A DNA stretch of 64,000 bases from Nitrospinota bacterium. GTDB lineage: Bacteria > UBA8248. Of the stretch, positions 30,113-39,635 are shown piece by piece (positions within the stretch are counted from its first letter, which is position 1; each line of letters opens with the position of its first letter). Both the position numbers and the translations under genes were made by a program. The stretch is taken from positions 128,001 to 192,000 of the forward strand of contig JAZAHK010000003.1 in NCBI GenBank assembly GCA_036231405.1, written 5' to 3'. Below the pieces are notes generated by a model, which was not told where the DNA came from, ran no database searches, and was given only the letters and a program-made list of their open reading frames with translations.

Positions 30113-30154
30113 TAATTATCTATAAAAATCAAAAAATACAGGAGCAAGAAGGAA

Positions 30155-30622
30155 ATGCCGCTTGATATGAAAGTACTAGATATGGATTTCCCTGAATTTG
30201 AAATTTTAGTTGAAAGAGGAAAAATCAGGGAATACGTATCAGTTTTAGGATTGGAAGATCCAGTTCACTTTGATGTGCAAGCCGCAAAGGATGCAGGCTA
30301 CAACGACTTGTTAGCACCTGCGACTTTTACGAGACAATTCTGGCATGAAAATAACGAAAACGACCCTATGCAACATTTAGGATATGATCCTAAAAGACGA
30401 CTGCACGGAGAACAAGAATTTGAGTACTTCAAACCATTAACTGCAGGAATGAAAATAATTGGGAAAAATGTCATCGTCTCCCATAAAGAAAAAGAAGGGA
30501 AACGGGGAGGAAAAATGACCTTTGTCGTAATTGAGACTAAATTTCTAGACGAGTCAGGAGAACTAGTGCAAATAGCAAGAAGAACTCTGATTGAAACGGC
30601 TGCTCCTCCAAAAACTGAATAA
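30155..30622 (+). CDS. MaoC-like hot-dog protein, N-terminal/HadA-type subunit
   Basis: VERGKIREY, APATF, LHGEQEFEY..PL.AG. Confidence 0.85.
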   Translation: MPLDMKVLDMDFPEFEILVERGKIREYVSVLGLEDPVHFDVQAAKDAGYNDLLAPATFTRQFWHENNENDPMQHLGYDPKRRLHGEQEFEYFKPLTAGMKIIGKNVIVSHKEKEGKRGGKMTFVVIETKFLDESGELVQIARRTLIETAAPPKTE

Positions 30623-30636
30623 AGGAAATTTTTACA

Positions 30637-31062
30637 TTGGCTTTTCATAGAGAAAAAAACACATGGGATAAACTTAAAGAGGGTGAAGAAAAGGAACTTA
30701 CCGTAGGTCCTATAACCAGAACGGATCTGGTGAAATATGCGGGGGCAAGTGGAGATTTCAATCCTAACCATCACGACGAAATTTACTCGATTCGTTCTGG
30801 TTTTAAAAAACCATTTGCACACGGTATGCTACAGGGAGGTATCCTTAGTCGTTTGATCAGTGATTGGTTTGGCGTAGGGGCATTGCGTTATTTTAAATTA
30901 CGTTTTAGTGCACAAACTTGGCCAGGTGATACGATCATTTGCAAAGCTAGAATAATTAAAAAATTGGAAGACGAAAAATATTTAGAAATAGAAGCAGAAG
31001 CAAAAAACGAGGATGAAATGATCTTAATCAAGGCTTCTGCAAAAGTGGAAATCAAAACATGA
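30637..31062 (+). CDS. MaoC-family dehydratase, catalytic HadB-type subunit
   Basis: YAGASGDFNPNHHD..AHGM hydratase-2 motif. Confidence 0.9.
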   Translation: MAFHREKNTWDKLKEGEEKELTVGPITRTDLVKYAGASGDFNPNHHDEIYSIRSGFKKPFAHGMLQGGILSRLISDWFGVGALRYFKLRFSAQTWPGDTIICKARIIKKLEDEKYLEIEAEAKNEDEMILIKASAKVEIKT

Positions 31063-32261
31063 AGTTTTTGGAAGATTACAGGATTATAGATCTAGGACAA
31101 GTGATTGCAGGAACCATTGGCGGACTTATCCTCGCCGATTTCGGAGCAGACGTTATAAAGGTTGAATCGCCAAGCGGAGATATAGGTAGGAATCCTAATA
31201 TCGCAGGTGTTGGCGATGTTTCAGGTATCTTTCTTACCTTTAATAGAGGTAAAAAAGGAATAGTTATTGATCTTAAAAGTGAGGATGGAAAAAAAGTTTT
31301 CCTAGATTTGGTTGCTGTATCTGACGCTGTTATTGCAAATTTCCGACCTGGAACACTAGACCGTCTCGGAATAGGTTTCCAAGAAATGAAAAAACACAAT
31401 TCTGAAATAATATTTATAGACTCTAGCGGATACGGCGAAGAAGGTCCCTGGAAAGACAAACCTGCTTTTGACGTTGTTGAACAAGCCATGAGCGGCCATA
31501 TGGCTATTACAGGAGAACCAGGAGGACCTCCGTTAAGAAATGGATCTCCCACGGCAGATATTTCAACTGCCCTATACACGGCTATAGCGTGTATGGCAGG
31601 ACTGCTTGGGAAACAAAAAGGAAAGGGAGCAAAACATCTTGAAGTACCTATGTTTGATGTACAACTCGCCATGCTTGGATACATCGCTACAATGTATCTA
31701 AACAATGGAGATATACCTGAACCACCAGGAAGTGCACACGAATATATGGTCCCCTATCAAGCGTTTCCAACTGCAACCATTCACATTGTTTTATCTCCAA
31801 GGGAGGAACGTTTCTATAAGAAAATGTGTGAAGTTATGGGAATCCCAGAATACGCTACTGATCCACGATTTATTACCAACGATTTACGTGTAAAAAATAA
31901 AGACGAACTGTTGCCTAAAATAGAAGAGATTCTTCTCCAAAAACCTGGAGAAGAATGGTGCATATTGTTCGAAAATGCTGGGGTACCTTCCGCCCCTGTA
32001 AATACACTTGATAGGGCACTTGATAATGAACAAGTTGAAAAAAGAGATTTGATTAAAACTTTTCAATACCCTGGTTCTGGGAACGTAAGAGTTGTTGGAA
32101 ATCCAATCATGGACATCGGCAGTGAAAAGAGTTCCACATGTGAACCTGCCCCATTACACGGTGAACACACAATACAAATCTTAAGAGAGACTCTCGGATA
32201 TGAAAAAGAAAAAATTGATACTCTTATAAAACAAAATATCGTCCTAACCACAAAAAAATAA
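31059..32261 (+). CDS. CaiB/BaiF family III CoA-transferase (paralogue 1)
   Basis: LADFGADVIKVE, NRGKK, NFRPG, catalytic D in PTADI, APLHGEH. Confidence 0.92.
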   Translation: MKFLEDYRIIDLGQVIAGTIGGLILADFGADVIKVESPSGDIGRNPNIAGVGDVSGIFLTFNRGKKGIVIDLKSEDGKKVFLDLVAVSDAVIANFRPGTLDRLGIGFQEMKKHNSEIIFIDSSGYGEEGPWKDKPAFDVVEQAMSGHMAITGEPGGPPLRNGSPTADISTALYTAIACMAGLLGKQKGKGAKHLEVPMFDVQLAMLGYIATMYLNNGDIPEPPGSAHEYMVPYQAFPTATIHIVLSPREERFYKKMCEVMGIPEYATDPRFITNDLRVKNKDELLPKIEEILLQKPGEEWCILFENAGVPSAPVNTLDRALDNEQVEKRDLIKTFQYPGSGNVRVVGNPIMDIGSEKSSTCEPAPLHGEHTIQILRETLGYEKEKIDTLIKQNIVLTTKK

Positions 32262-32285
32262 ATTTACAAAAATTCAACTTAATAT

Positions 32286-32711
32286 TTATCCTTGAGGCAC
32301 CGCAATTAGTGTGCCAGTTACGAGCCTTGTACTTACATGATTCAGTACCTCTGTGTCCATTTCAATTAAATTTTCACCTGATTCCTCATATTGTTTCGTT
32401 ACTGTGGCTTTACAAGTTAAGATATCTCCCGGCCAAGCCTGCGAAACAAAACGAACTTGAAATTTCCGAAAAGATGTAGGACCAAGATTCTGATTTAACA
32501 TTCTTGAAAGATACCCTACTGAAAGCGGTCCCATGGCAAACACCTTGTCAAAACCACTTTTGATCGCAAAAATTTCATCATGATGATTAGGATTAAAATC
32601 CCCTGAAGCACCTGCAAATCGAACAATATCTGTTCGTGATAAAGGCCCCACATTCAATTGAAGCTCCGAACCTGGCGTAAGTTCATTCCACTTTTTATAT
32701 GCATATGGCAT
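32286..32711 (-). CDS. MaoC-family dehydratase (paralogue of 30637..31062)
   Basis: FAGASGDFNPNHHD; start placed at ATG 32711 behind GGAGAG (track starts at 32726). Confidence 0.88.
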   Translation of the reverse strand: MPYAYKKWNELTPGSELQLNVGPLSRTDIVRFAGASGDFNPNHHDEIFAIKSGFDKVFAMGPLSVGYLSRMLNQNLGPTSFRKFQVRFVSQAWPGDILTCKATVTKQYEESGENLIEMDTEVLNHVSTRLVTGTLIAVPQG

Positions 32712-32726
32712 AACTATCTCTCCCAA

Positions 32727-33176
32727 TTAAACTGTTTCAATCAAAGTGCGATAATCAATTTGAACAAGTTCTCCATTTTCACTTCTAAACTCAGTCTTGA
32801 TGACCACAAAAGTCATTTCGCCGCCTTTTCTTCCTTTTTTTACTTCCGAAGAGATAACAGAATTTTTCCCAATCAGGGTCATACCAGCAAAAATTGGTTT
32901 GAAGTATTCAAAACTATATCCTCCTAATAACCTTCGGCCTAAGTCAAAACCGAGATGACGCATTGGATCGTTGTCATCATTATCAAACCAAAATTGTCTA
33001 GTAAAAGTCGGAGGAGCAACTAAATTTGGGAATCCGGCTTTTTTTGCAGCCACCACGTCAGTATAAACAGGATCCTCTAAACCTAATGCCTTAGCATATT
33101 CACGAATCTTTCCAGTCTCTACAACAAACTCAAACTCCTTAAAATCTCTCTCCATTACTGATTGATCAAAAGACAT
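32727..33176 (-). CDS. MaoC-like N-terminal/HadA-type subunit (paralogue of 30155..30622)
   Basis: VETGKIREY, APPTFTRQFW, FEYFKPI.AG. Confidence 0.85.
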   Translation of the reverse strand: MSFDQSVMERDFKEFEFVVETGKIREYAKALGLEDPVYTDVVAAKKAGFPNLVAPPTFTRQFWFDNDDNDPMRHLGFDLGRRLLGGYSFEYFKPIFAGMTLIGKNSVISSEVKKGRKGGEMTFVVIKTEFRSENGELVQIDYRTLIETV

Positions 33177-33222
33177 ATATAATTCCTTTCTTACAAAATC
33201 AGGTTACCCTAATTACTCAAGA

Positions 33223-33771
33223 TTAATCAGAAAGACTTACGATATCTCCGTTAATTTCTAATGTGCTGTCGATATCTATCGGATTTTTTAACGTCCACTC
33301 CGCAAAACAACCACCCTTTGCATTTTTAGCGAGTTTCGTAATTTCTTCGAGAGAAGCATCAGTATCAATCGACAAAAAAGAACGAAAACCCGTACAACCA
33401 CTTTCCACCGTACCTTTTAGAACAGATCCACGGAGAAAAAAATCATATTCAATTCTACATTTCGCTTTTTTGAAAGATATTTTCATCATGTGCGCGTACC
33501 GCGCAACTTGTGTTAAAAGTCAAAACCCAACTCCAAGAGCAAAATAATTTAACGGTTGTGGATACTCTCCATCACCACCCAATCTTGCCGGTTCATCGCA
33601 ATAAACCTCAAAATCTCCACTCTTTCCAATTTTCAACTGTCCTTTCCCTTCTATCGTTTCTACTTCTGCCACTATTGTATTCATATATCCTTGAGGTGGA
33701 TGCTCAGGTTGATCAATAACTCTCTCTCCCGGAATACTACTTTGCTCTGATGCAGTCGTAGGTTTAACCAT
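33223..33771 (-). CDS. OsmC/Ohr-like selenoprotein (U84), 182 aa
   Basis: Track ORFs 33520..33771 and 33223..33489 share a frame and are separated only by TGA 33522..33520 plus 10 sense codons: DEPARLGGDGEYPQPLNYFALGVGF-U-LLTQVARYAHMM...GGCFAE. TGA is at the first OsmC catalytic Cys position and the second Cys is retained. Confidence 0.88.
33490..33507 (-). promoter_or_regulatory. Candidate SECIS hairpin of OsmC-like gene
   Basis: G-(U bulge)-UGCGCG-GUA-CGCGCA-C starts 12 nt after the UGA; GC-rich in an AT-rich gene; resembles the E. coli fdhF SECIS upper stem. Confidence 0.8.
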
Positions 33772-33812
33772 ATAACCTCCTTGTTTTTAAAAGATTTACA
33801 AAAAACTTCCCT

Positions 33813-34301
33813 TTAATTTTTCCTTCTGAATTTTCTCCATTTCCATGGGGCTATAGAATCACTCCTACTCCAAACCCCTATCTTTTTTGCTCTTGCATCT
33901 GACTCTGCACCTTTTAAAGCAAGATCATGTCTTGCATATTTTTTATACCACCGACAAAAACCTTCAGAAACAAGCTTTAAACCAAGGTCAATATCTCCTT
34001 CGACAAAAACTCTTCCCACCATTCTTCCATAACGGTCATATCCCTTGTTCTCAACAATTATCTTTTTGTTAGAGATTAATTCCTTGGCCCTCTTTTTTGC
34101 ATATATTCCGCCTGGCTGCTTAATCTCAGGACAATCAATTCCATACAATCTAATTTTGATCTTTTTAAAATTTTTGTTAATGTGAATGGTATCCCCGTCT
34201 GGAACATGCAACACATATGCAGATGTAGGCTCACAAAAAATAAAGGTTGAAGGAAAACAAAAGAAAATCAATACAATAAGAATAAATATTTTTTTCATCA
34301 T
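33813..34301 (-). CDS. Secreted thermonuclease (SNase family)
   Basis: Signal peptide, DGDTI, IRLYGIDCPE..Q, DRYGR, PWKWR; start placed at ATG 34301 behind GGGGAG. Confidence 0.92.
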   Translation of the reverse strand: MMKKIFILIVLIFFCFPSTFIFCEPTSAYVLHVPDGDTIHINKNFKKIKIRLYGIDCPEIKQPGGIYAKKRAKELISNKKIIVENKGYDRYGRMVGRVFVEGDIDLGLKLVSEGFCRWYKKYARHDLALKGAESDARAKKIGVWSRSDSIAPWKWRKFRRKN

Positions 34302-34399
34302 ATCTCCCCACAAATAGAAAAGATTCAAAAACTAATCTTTATATAAATATTAAATACCTCACTCAAACTAAAAAGAAAAGAGCCCGAGTAGGGGAAAAA

Positions 34400-34427
34400 T
34401 TGACAAAAAAATTATGTCAGGTATTCT
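34400..34427 (+). promoter_or_regulatory. Candidate sigma70 promoter containing an inverted repeat
   Basis: TTGACA-16 nt-TATTCT upstream of the AGGAGG RBS of 34474; TGACA-N9-TGTCA overlaps the -35 box and spacer. Confidence 0.45.
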
Positions 34428-34473
34428 GTGAAATAGTTATTGTAGACACATTAAATAATTACAGGAGGAAGTC

Positions 34474-34959
34474 ATGAAATTGTATAAGTTCACTTTTTTG
34501 ATTTTTTTATCCCTTACTTTCATAGGAAATTACTTCATTGCCGAATCTACATTCGCTCATAAAAGAACCAAAAAATACAATAAAAAACATTGGAAAAAGG
34601 GGATCCCTCGTAAAATGCTTTTTGATCGCGTGCTATTACACAGGATCAGATTAGGTCTTAATAAATCTCAAATCTCAAAATTAGAAAATATAAAAACTAA
34701 TTACATAAAAAATAGGTATATGAATAGAGCAAAACTACGAATCAACGGTGTAGATTTAAAAATGGCAATACGCGCAGAGTCTATTAATATGAAAGTAATT
34801 GAAAAACTAGTAAAAAAAATGACGTCACAAAGGGAAACAATGTGGCTGTCCGCTATTAGCGCCATTGCAAAAACGAAAACGATTTTAACTAACAAACAAT
34901 TAGAAAAAATGAAAAAGATTAGGCACTCTAGAATGATGAGAAGAAAATCTCGTAGGTAA
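34474..34959 (+). CDS. Exported Spy/CpxP-like (LTxxQ) protein, very basic
   Basis: Signal peptide; LGLNKSQ and ILTNKQ motifs; helical; AGGAGG RBS. Confidence 0.7.
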   Translation: MKLYKFTFLIFLSLTFIGNYFIAESTFAHKRTKKYNKKHWKKGIPRKMLFDRVLLHRIRLGLNKSQISKLENIKTNYIKNRYMNRAKLRINGVDLKMAIRAESINMKVIEKLVKKMTSQRETMWLSAISAIAKTKTILTNKQLEKMKKIRHSRMMRRKSRR

Positions 34960-35052
34960 TGTAAAATAAATTTTTAAAAATAATAAAGTGTAACTAGGCA
35001 ATTACGTATTTGTTTTGCTCATGTTCATAAACTCTAATTCAATGGAATCTTA

Positions 35053-36747
35053 GTGAATACAGAAATCAAAGAAATTTCGTGTGACGTTCTCGTCATCGGT
35101 GGAGGTGTAGCAGGAATGCTCGCCTCAATTGAAGCCAAAAAAGAAGATGTCGAAGTTATTCTTATAACTAAAGCAACCTTCCCTTCCGGAAGTTCTTCAA
35201 TGGCTAGAGGTGGATTCTCAAGCGCTTTAGGACATGAAAATAAGAGAGATAACCCGAGAGTACACTGGCATGACACCATTAAAGGGGGGTACGAAATTAA
35301 CAACCCCAAACTAGTTAAAGTTATGACTGAAGAAGTGATCGAACGAACGTACACCATAGATTCTTGGGGCTTAGGTTTAATTAAAAAAGAAAATGGAAAC
35401 TATGATCAACGAAAAAATGCAGACGACACATACGCTCGTTTCCTGCATTGCGCAGGAATGATTGGGAAACCTCTCATGTCTGCTTTATCAAAAAAAGTAA
35501 AAGAACTAGGCGTGAGAGTTGAAAGTAATGTTTTTATTATTGATTTAATTTTAGAAAACGATGGATCAATTGCAGGAGCATGGGGAGTAAAGCATAAAGA
35601 AGACATTGCAGTGATGATTTCTAGTAAAAGCACAGTCCTTTGTTCAGGAGGAGCACCACAATTACATGAAGTCAATGATTCTCCCCCACAGGTAACTGGA
35701 GATGGATATGCAATGGCTTTTAGAGCAGGCACAGAACTACTGGATATGGAAATGATTGACTATCAACTTATGACTGGATGGCCAAAAAAGATGATCGGAT
35801 ATAATCCTTACGCCACTGGTTTCATCAGAATTGGATCCCACCTGAAAAACAAAGATGGATTTAGATTTATGCAAAAGTGGAATCCTAATGCCCCTAATCA
35901 GTGTTATGAACAAACTGCGCGTTCTCTTTTCAATAGAGGAGTAGGTTTTGAAATTTTCGAAGGTAGAGGAACAGAACACGGGACAGTATACATGGATGCT
36001 TCCCATTGTATGAATATAGACCACGGAGGAGAAATAGAAATCATCAAAAGAGCTTTTAAAAATGGAGGCGTGGATATCACAAAAGAATCCATGGAAGTTT
36101 GTAGTGGGCCACATACTTTTCTAGGAGGCATTCGCATAGACGAATTTGGGAGAACAAATGTTCCTAGTCTTTATGCAGGAGGTGAGGCAGGAGGAGGTAT
36201 CCATGGTTCAAATCGTCTTTCTGGAGCTGCACTAGCGGATAGTTTCGTTTTTGGTTCACGTTCAGGGAAAAATGCAGCCAAAGATTCAAAAAGAAGAAGA
36301 TTGGCAAAACCAAAAAAATCAAACATTTTAGATAGACTCTCTTCTCTTTTCAACCGAATTCAAAATTCTGGAAATTTGACTGCCAAAGAGTACCGTCTTT
36401 CTCTTCAAAAAAATGTTTTCACTAATATTGGACAAATACGGTCTAAAGAAAAATTACATATTGGGCTCGAAAAACTAGATGATTTAAAGAAAAATTCTGT
36501 TTCAATTTTAAATGAGAAAGAAAAGCCAATATCTAAAATCAATGAACTAAAAAGCATTGTTGAAACTGATAATTTAATAGAAGTAGCGAAAATGCTTGCG
36601 ATCTCAGCACTAACAAGAGAGGAAAGCCGCGGAGGTCATTATAGATGCGACTTTCCGGAGACAGATAACGACAACTGGAAAGCGAACATTGTCATTTCCA
36701 AGAAAATTGGCACGGAAGAAATTCAAACAAGAGTGAATCAAATATAG
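35053..36747 (+). CDS. Stand-alone SdhA/FrdA/NadB-superfamily flavoprotein
   Basis: GGGVAG, TGDGYAMAFRAG, HTFLGG, LYAGGE, HGSNRL, REESRGGHYRCDFP. Confidence 0.88.
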   Translation: MNTEIKEISCDVLVIGGGVAGMLASIEAKKEDVEVILITKATFPSGSSSMARGGFSSALGHENKRDNPRVHWHDTIKGGYEINNPKLVKVMTEEVIERTYTIDSWGLGLIKKENGNYDQRKNADDTYARFLHCAGMIGKPLMSALSKKVKELGVRVESNVFIIDLILENDGSIAGAWGVKHKEDIAVMISSKSTVLCSGGAPQLHEVNDSPPQVTGDGYAMAFRAGTELLDMEMIDYQLMTGWPKKMIGYNPYATGFIRIGSHLKNKDGFRFMQKWNPNAPNQCYEQTARSLFNRGVGFEIFEGRGTEHGTVYMDASHCMNIDHGGEIEIIKRAFKNGGVDITKESMEVCSGPHTFLGGIRIDEFGRTNVPSLYAGGEAGGGIHGSNRLSGAALADSFVFGSRSGKNAAKDSKRRRLAKPKKSNILDRLSSLFNRIQNSGNLTAKEYRLSLQKNVFTNIGQIRSKEKLHIGLEKLDDLKKNSVSILNEKEKPISKINELKSIVETDNLIEVAKMLAISALTREESRGGHYRCDFPETDNDNWKANIVISKKIGTEEIQTRVNQI

Positions 36748-36789
36748 AAACAAAATAACATCTAAAAAATTTCTTATAAATCAAAATAT

Positions 36790-37866
36790 TTATCTATTTT
36801 TTTGAATGAAATTGCAAAGTACGTCTCCAACTTCTCTCGTATTTAATTTGCCCCCAAGATCTCCAGTAACTGAATTTTCTGCAATTGCGTTTTTCACAGC
36901 ACTCAGAATAATATCTGCCGATGCATCAAAACCAAGTGTCCCAAGTAAAATACGTGCGGTAAGAGTTGTTGCGAAAGGATTTGCAATACCTTTTAACGCA
37001 ATATCAGGAGCAGTTCCATGAACAGGTTCGAACATTGAAACTTTCCCCGGATGTATACAGCCTGAAGGAGCCATTCCTACTCCGCCAACTAATCCAGCGC
37101 ACACATCACTCAAAATATCTCCATACATGTTATTTGTAACAATTACCGAAAATTTTTCAGGATGCTGTATCAAGTCCAAACATAAAGTGTCTATGAAGTA
37201 GTGTTCCCCTTCAACTCCTGGGAAATCTTCGTTAACTTGCCAAAAGACTCTCTGCCACAAATCATGCGCATGGACCAGAGAACCAAATTTATCCGCCATC
37301 GTTACTTTTGGATAATTTTGTTTTTTTGCATATTCAAATGCAAATCGACATATTCTTTCTACTCCTTTATAGGTATTCACATCTTCCTGAATAGCCACTT
37401 CATCACTTGTTCCCTTTTTAAAATTTCCTCCAAGTCTAACCATCACTCCTTCCGTATTTTCACGTATTACTGTCAAATCAATAGGGACTTCTTTTCGAAG
37501 TGGACTAAAGCTTGGATCAAATAAAAAAGCAGGACGTAAATTTACATAAAGATCCAATTCTAGTCGAAGAGCTCTAAGAAGATCTCTGCAATTAACATCT
37601 GGAGGAATACGAGGATCTAAACCCGCACTCCCGAATAATATAGCATCATGTTTACTAGCGAGATCACGCACTAATGCAGGGACATCATCAGGAAGAGGAG
37701 ACCCTTCCTCAAGATATCTTAGCGCTCCATAGTTGTATATTGTAGGCTCTACTTGCACTTCGTCCGCCAGTGCTGCTTCTTTCAAAACTTCTGTTACAAC
37801 AGGCAATACATCATGACCTACACCATCACCTAAAATAACTGCTAAAGAAAGTTTCTTATCATTCAT
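36790..37866 (-). CDS. Beta-decarboxylating dehydrogenase (3-isopropylmalate/tartrate dehydrogenase family)
   Basis: GDGVGHDV, LDLYVNLRP, RENTEG, NMYGDILSD, FEPVHGTAPDIA; start placed at ATG 37866. Confidence 0.9.
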   Translation of the reverse strand: MNDKKLSLAVILGDGVGHDVLPVVTEVLKEAALADEVQVEPTIYNYGALRYLEEGSPLPDDVPALVRDLASKHDAILFGSAGLDPRIPPDVNCRDLLRALRLELDLYVNLRPAFLFDPSFSPLRKEVPIDLTVIRENTEGVMVRLGGNFKKGTSDEVAIQEDVNTYKGVERICRFAFEYAKKQNYPKVTMADKFGSLVHAHDLWQRVFWQVNEDFPGVEGEHYFIDTLCLDLIQHPEKFSVIVTNNMYGDILSDVCAGLVGGVGMAPSGCIHPGKVSMFEPVHGTAPDIALKGIANPFATTLTARILLGTLGFDASADIILSAVKNAIAENSVTGDLGGKLNTREVGDVLCNFIQKNR

Positions 37867-37983
37867 TATTTTTCTCTCTAAAAGATGTCTGACAACTTTC
37901 ACTCTTTGTACTTCATCACTACCTAAACACCCTCGTTTACCGCTACAACCATATTGGCATGTGGAACACGAGCATTTTTAAAA

Positions 37984-39585
37984 CTAACTAGATAAAGATG
38001 GAGCGGAAACTGGTGTCCACCATTTATCAATCTTCAAATCTTCACATATCGCATTTGCCGCATTATAACCAGGCGCGCCATTAAGACCACCCCCATGACA
38101 ACTAGAACTACATAAATAAAATTTCTCCAATGGAGTCCTCATTCCAGAAAGTAAGGGATGGGGTCGATTAACACCTAATTGACTTGGCGTATAGGCACCC
38201 ATTCTCACAGCACCCTCTACGATATTTTTGTTTCTGCGGTTTAGATCATTGGGAGAATACAATTTTGCAGCCCTTACGACATCACCTTGTAAATTAGGAG
38301 CGTATTCTCTCCAAATATCAAGCAATTGTTGAGTCATTGGTTCTTTTATTTCATCCCATTTCGATGGATCATCTCCATCTATTCTATAAGGAGCACCAGG
38401 CCACCAAAATGCAACATGACCATCCTCAGGTGCATAACTTGAGTCAAAAAGACTATTACAAGAACCATTGCCCATAGGCATTGAAGGAAATTTTCCGCTT
38501 CGTCTTTCATCAGTGTTATTCGTAACCTCTTCATCTGTATCAGCACCAAAAATTATGTTAAACGATTTTCCTACATCAGGGTCATAATTCTCAGCCAAAT
38601 ATTTCGGTGGCTCACTTAAAGCTAAGTGCAGGGTCATCAATGAATGAAATCCCCAATCCCAATTCCTCATTTTTTCATTTACTTCCTCTGGGAAAGCATC
38701 TTCTCCTGCAATACGGATTGAAGTTGGAGCATTTAAACCACTTGCAACAAAAGAATTGGCAGATATCTTTGAACCATCAGAGAGAATAACTCCCGCAGCA
38801 TGTCCATTTTCTCGATAAATTTCTTCTACCTTGCAACCTCTAAAAACCTCCCCACCATGAGACCTAATCAAATTCTCAAGAGATTTTGGTAATTCACGTG
38901 CACCTCCAACAGGAAGGCCTAAAGTTGTCTGCGATGAAAAAAGGCTAGGCAAAAACATCCCTGTTCCTGGCTCATCTTCTACGGTTATTGCATGTGCAAA
39001 CAATTTAAACAAAGTTCTCATTTTCGAATGTTCAAAATAAGTATCTATTGCCTCTCCGATACTCATTTTAGCAAAGGAAAGTAACTCTTTTCCTTTTTCT
39101 CCAGTTATCCTATTACCAATTTCTTCTGGAGGAAGTGGGACATGAAAAAGAAAACTGCGCAAAAGAGGGGCTAATTCTACTGCGTAACGGTTAAATAAAT
39201 ATCGATAAGATTCTGCATCACTCTTTGAAATTCGAGAAATAGAAGAAACACTTTTTTCTACATCTCTATGGAGAACTACTGATGTACCGTCCCTAAAAAC
39301 TGCAGCATGTTGCACCTCTGGTGTTACCGATTTAAAACCATAATTGGATAGTTCCAAATCACTAACTATCGGAAAATCTTCTAATCCGATAAAGAAGTTC
39401 GCATGCATATTCGACTTATATCCGGGCAAAAGAAATTCTTCAGTCGATGCAGCACCACCTATTTCTGATTCTGACTCATACACGGCTACCTTCAGACCAG
39501 ATTTCGCCATATATGCTGCACAAACTAAACTGTTGTGACCAGCTCCAATCAAAATACCATCATACCTATCCACTTTAACCTCCAT
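37984..39585 (-). CDS. Phytoene dehydrogenase-like FAD-dependent oxidoreductase
   Basis: IGAGHNSLVCAAY, EIGG, RTPLEKFYLC, GAPGYNAA. Confidence 0.88.
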   Translation of the reverse strand: MEVKVDRYDGILIGAGHNSLVCAAYMAKSGLKVAVYESESEIGGAASTEEFLLPGYKSNMHANFFIGLEDFPIVSDLELSNYGFKSVTPEVQHAAVFRDGTSVVLHRDVEKSVSSISRISKSDAESYRYLFNRYAVELAPLLRSFLFHVPLPPEEIGNRITGEKGKELLSFAKMSIGEAIDTYFEHSKMRTLFKLFAHAITVEDEPGTGMFLPSLFSSQTTLGLPVGGARELPKSLENLIRSHGGEVFRGCKVEEIYRENGHAAGVILSDGSKISANSFVASGLNAPTSIRIAGEDAFPEEVNEKMRNWDWGFHSLMTLHLALSEPPKYLAENYDPDVGKSFNIIFGADTDEEVTNNTDERRSGKFPSMPMGNGSCNSLFDSSYAPEDGHVAFWWPGAPYRIDGDDPSKWDEIKEPMTQQLLDIWREYAPNLQGDVVRAAKLYSPNDLNRRNKNIVEGAVRMGAYTPSQLGVNRPHPLLSGMRTPLEKFYLCSSSCHGGGLNGAPGYNAANAICEDLKIDKWWTPVSAPSLSS

Positions 39586-39635
39586 TTGATTAATTTAGAT
39601 CAAATACAGTTGGAATCTAGATATAGGTTACACAG

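Noticed and set aside
30298-31705. Long antisense ORFs (174 aa and 209 aa) and many similar shadow ORFs in the window
   Set aside because: They lie opposite well-supported genes and show no recognisable motifs.
37866-37977. Cys-rich in-frame N-terminal extension (CSCSTC...) of the LeuB-family ORF
   Set aside because: It has no start codon before the upstream TAA, and family homology begins at MNDKKLSLAVI.
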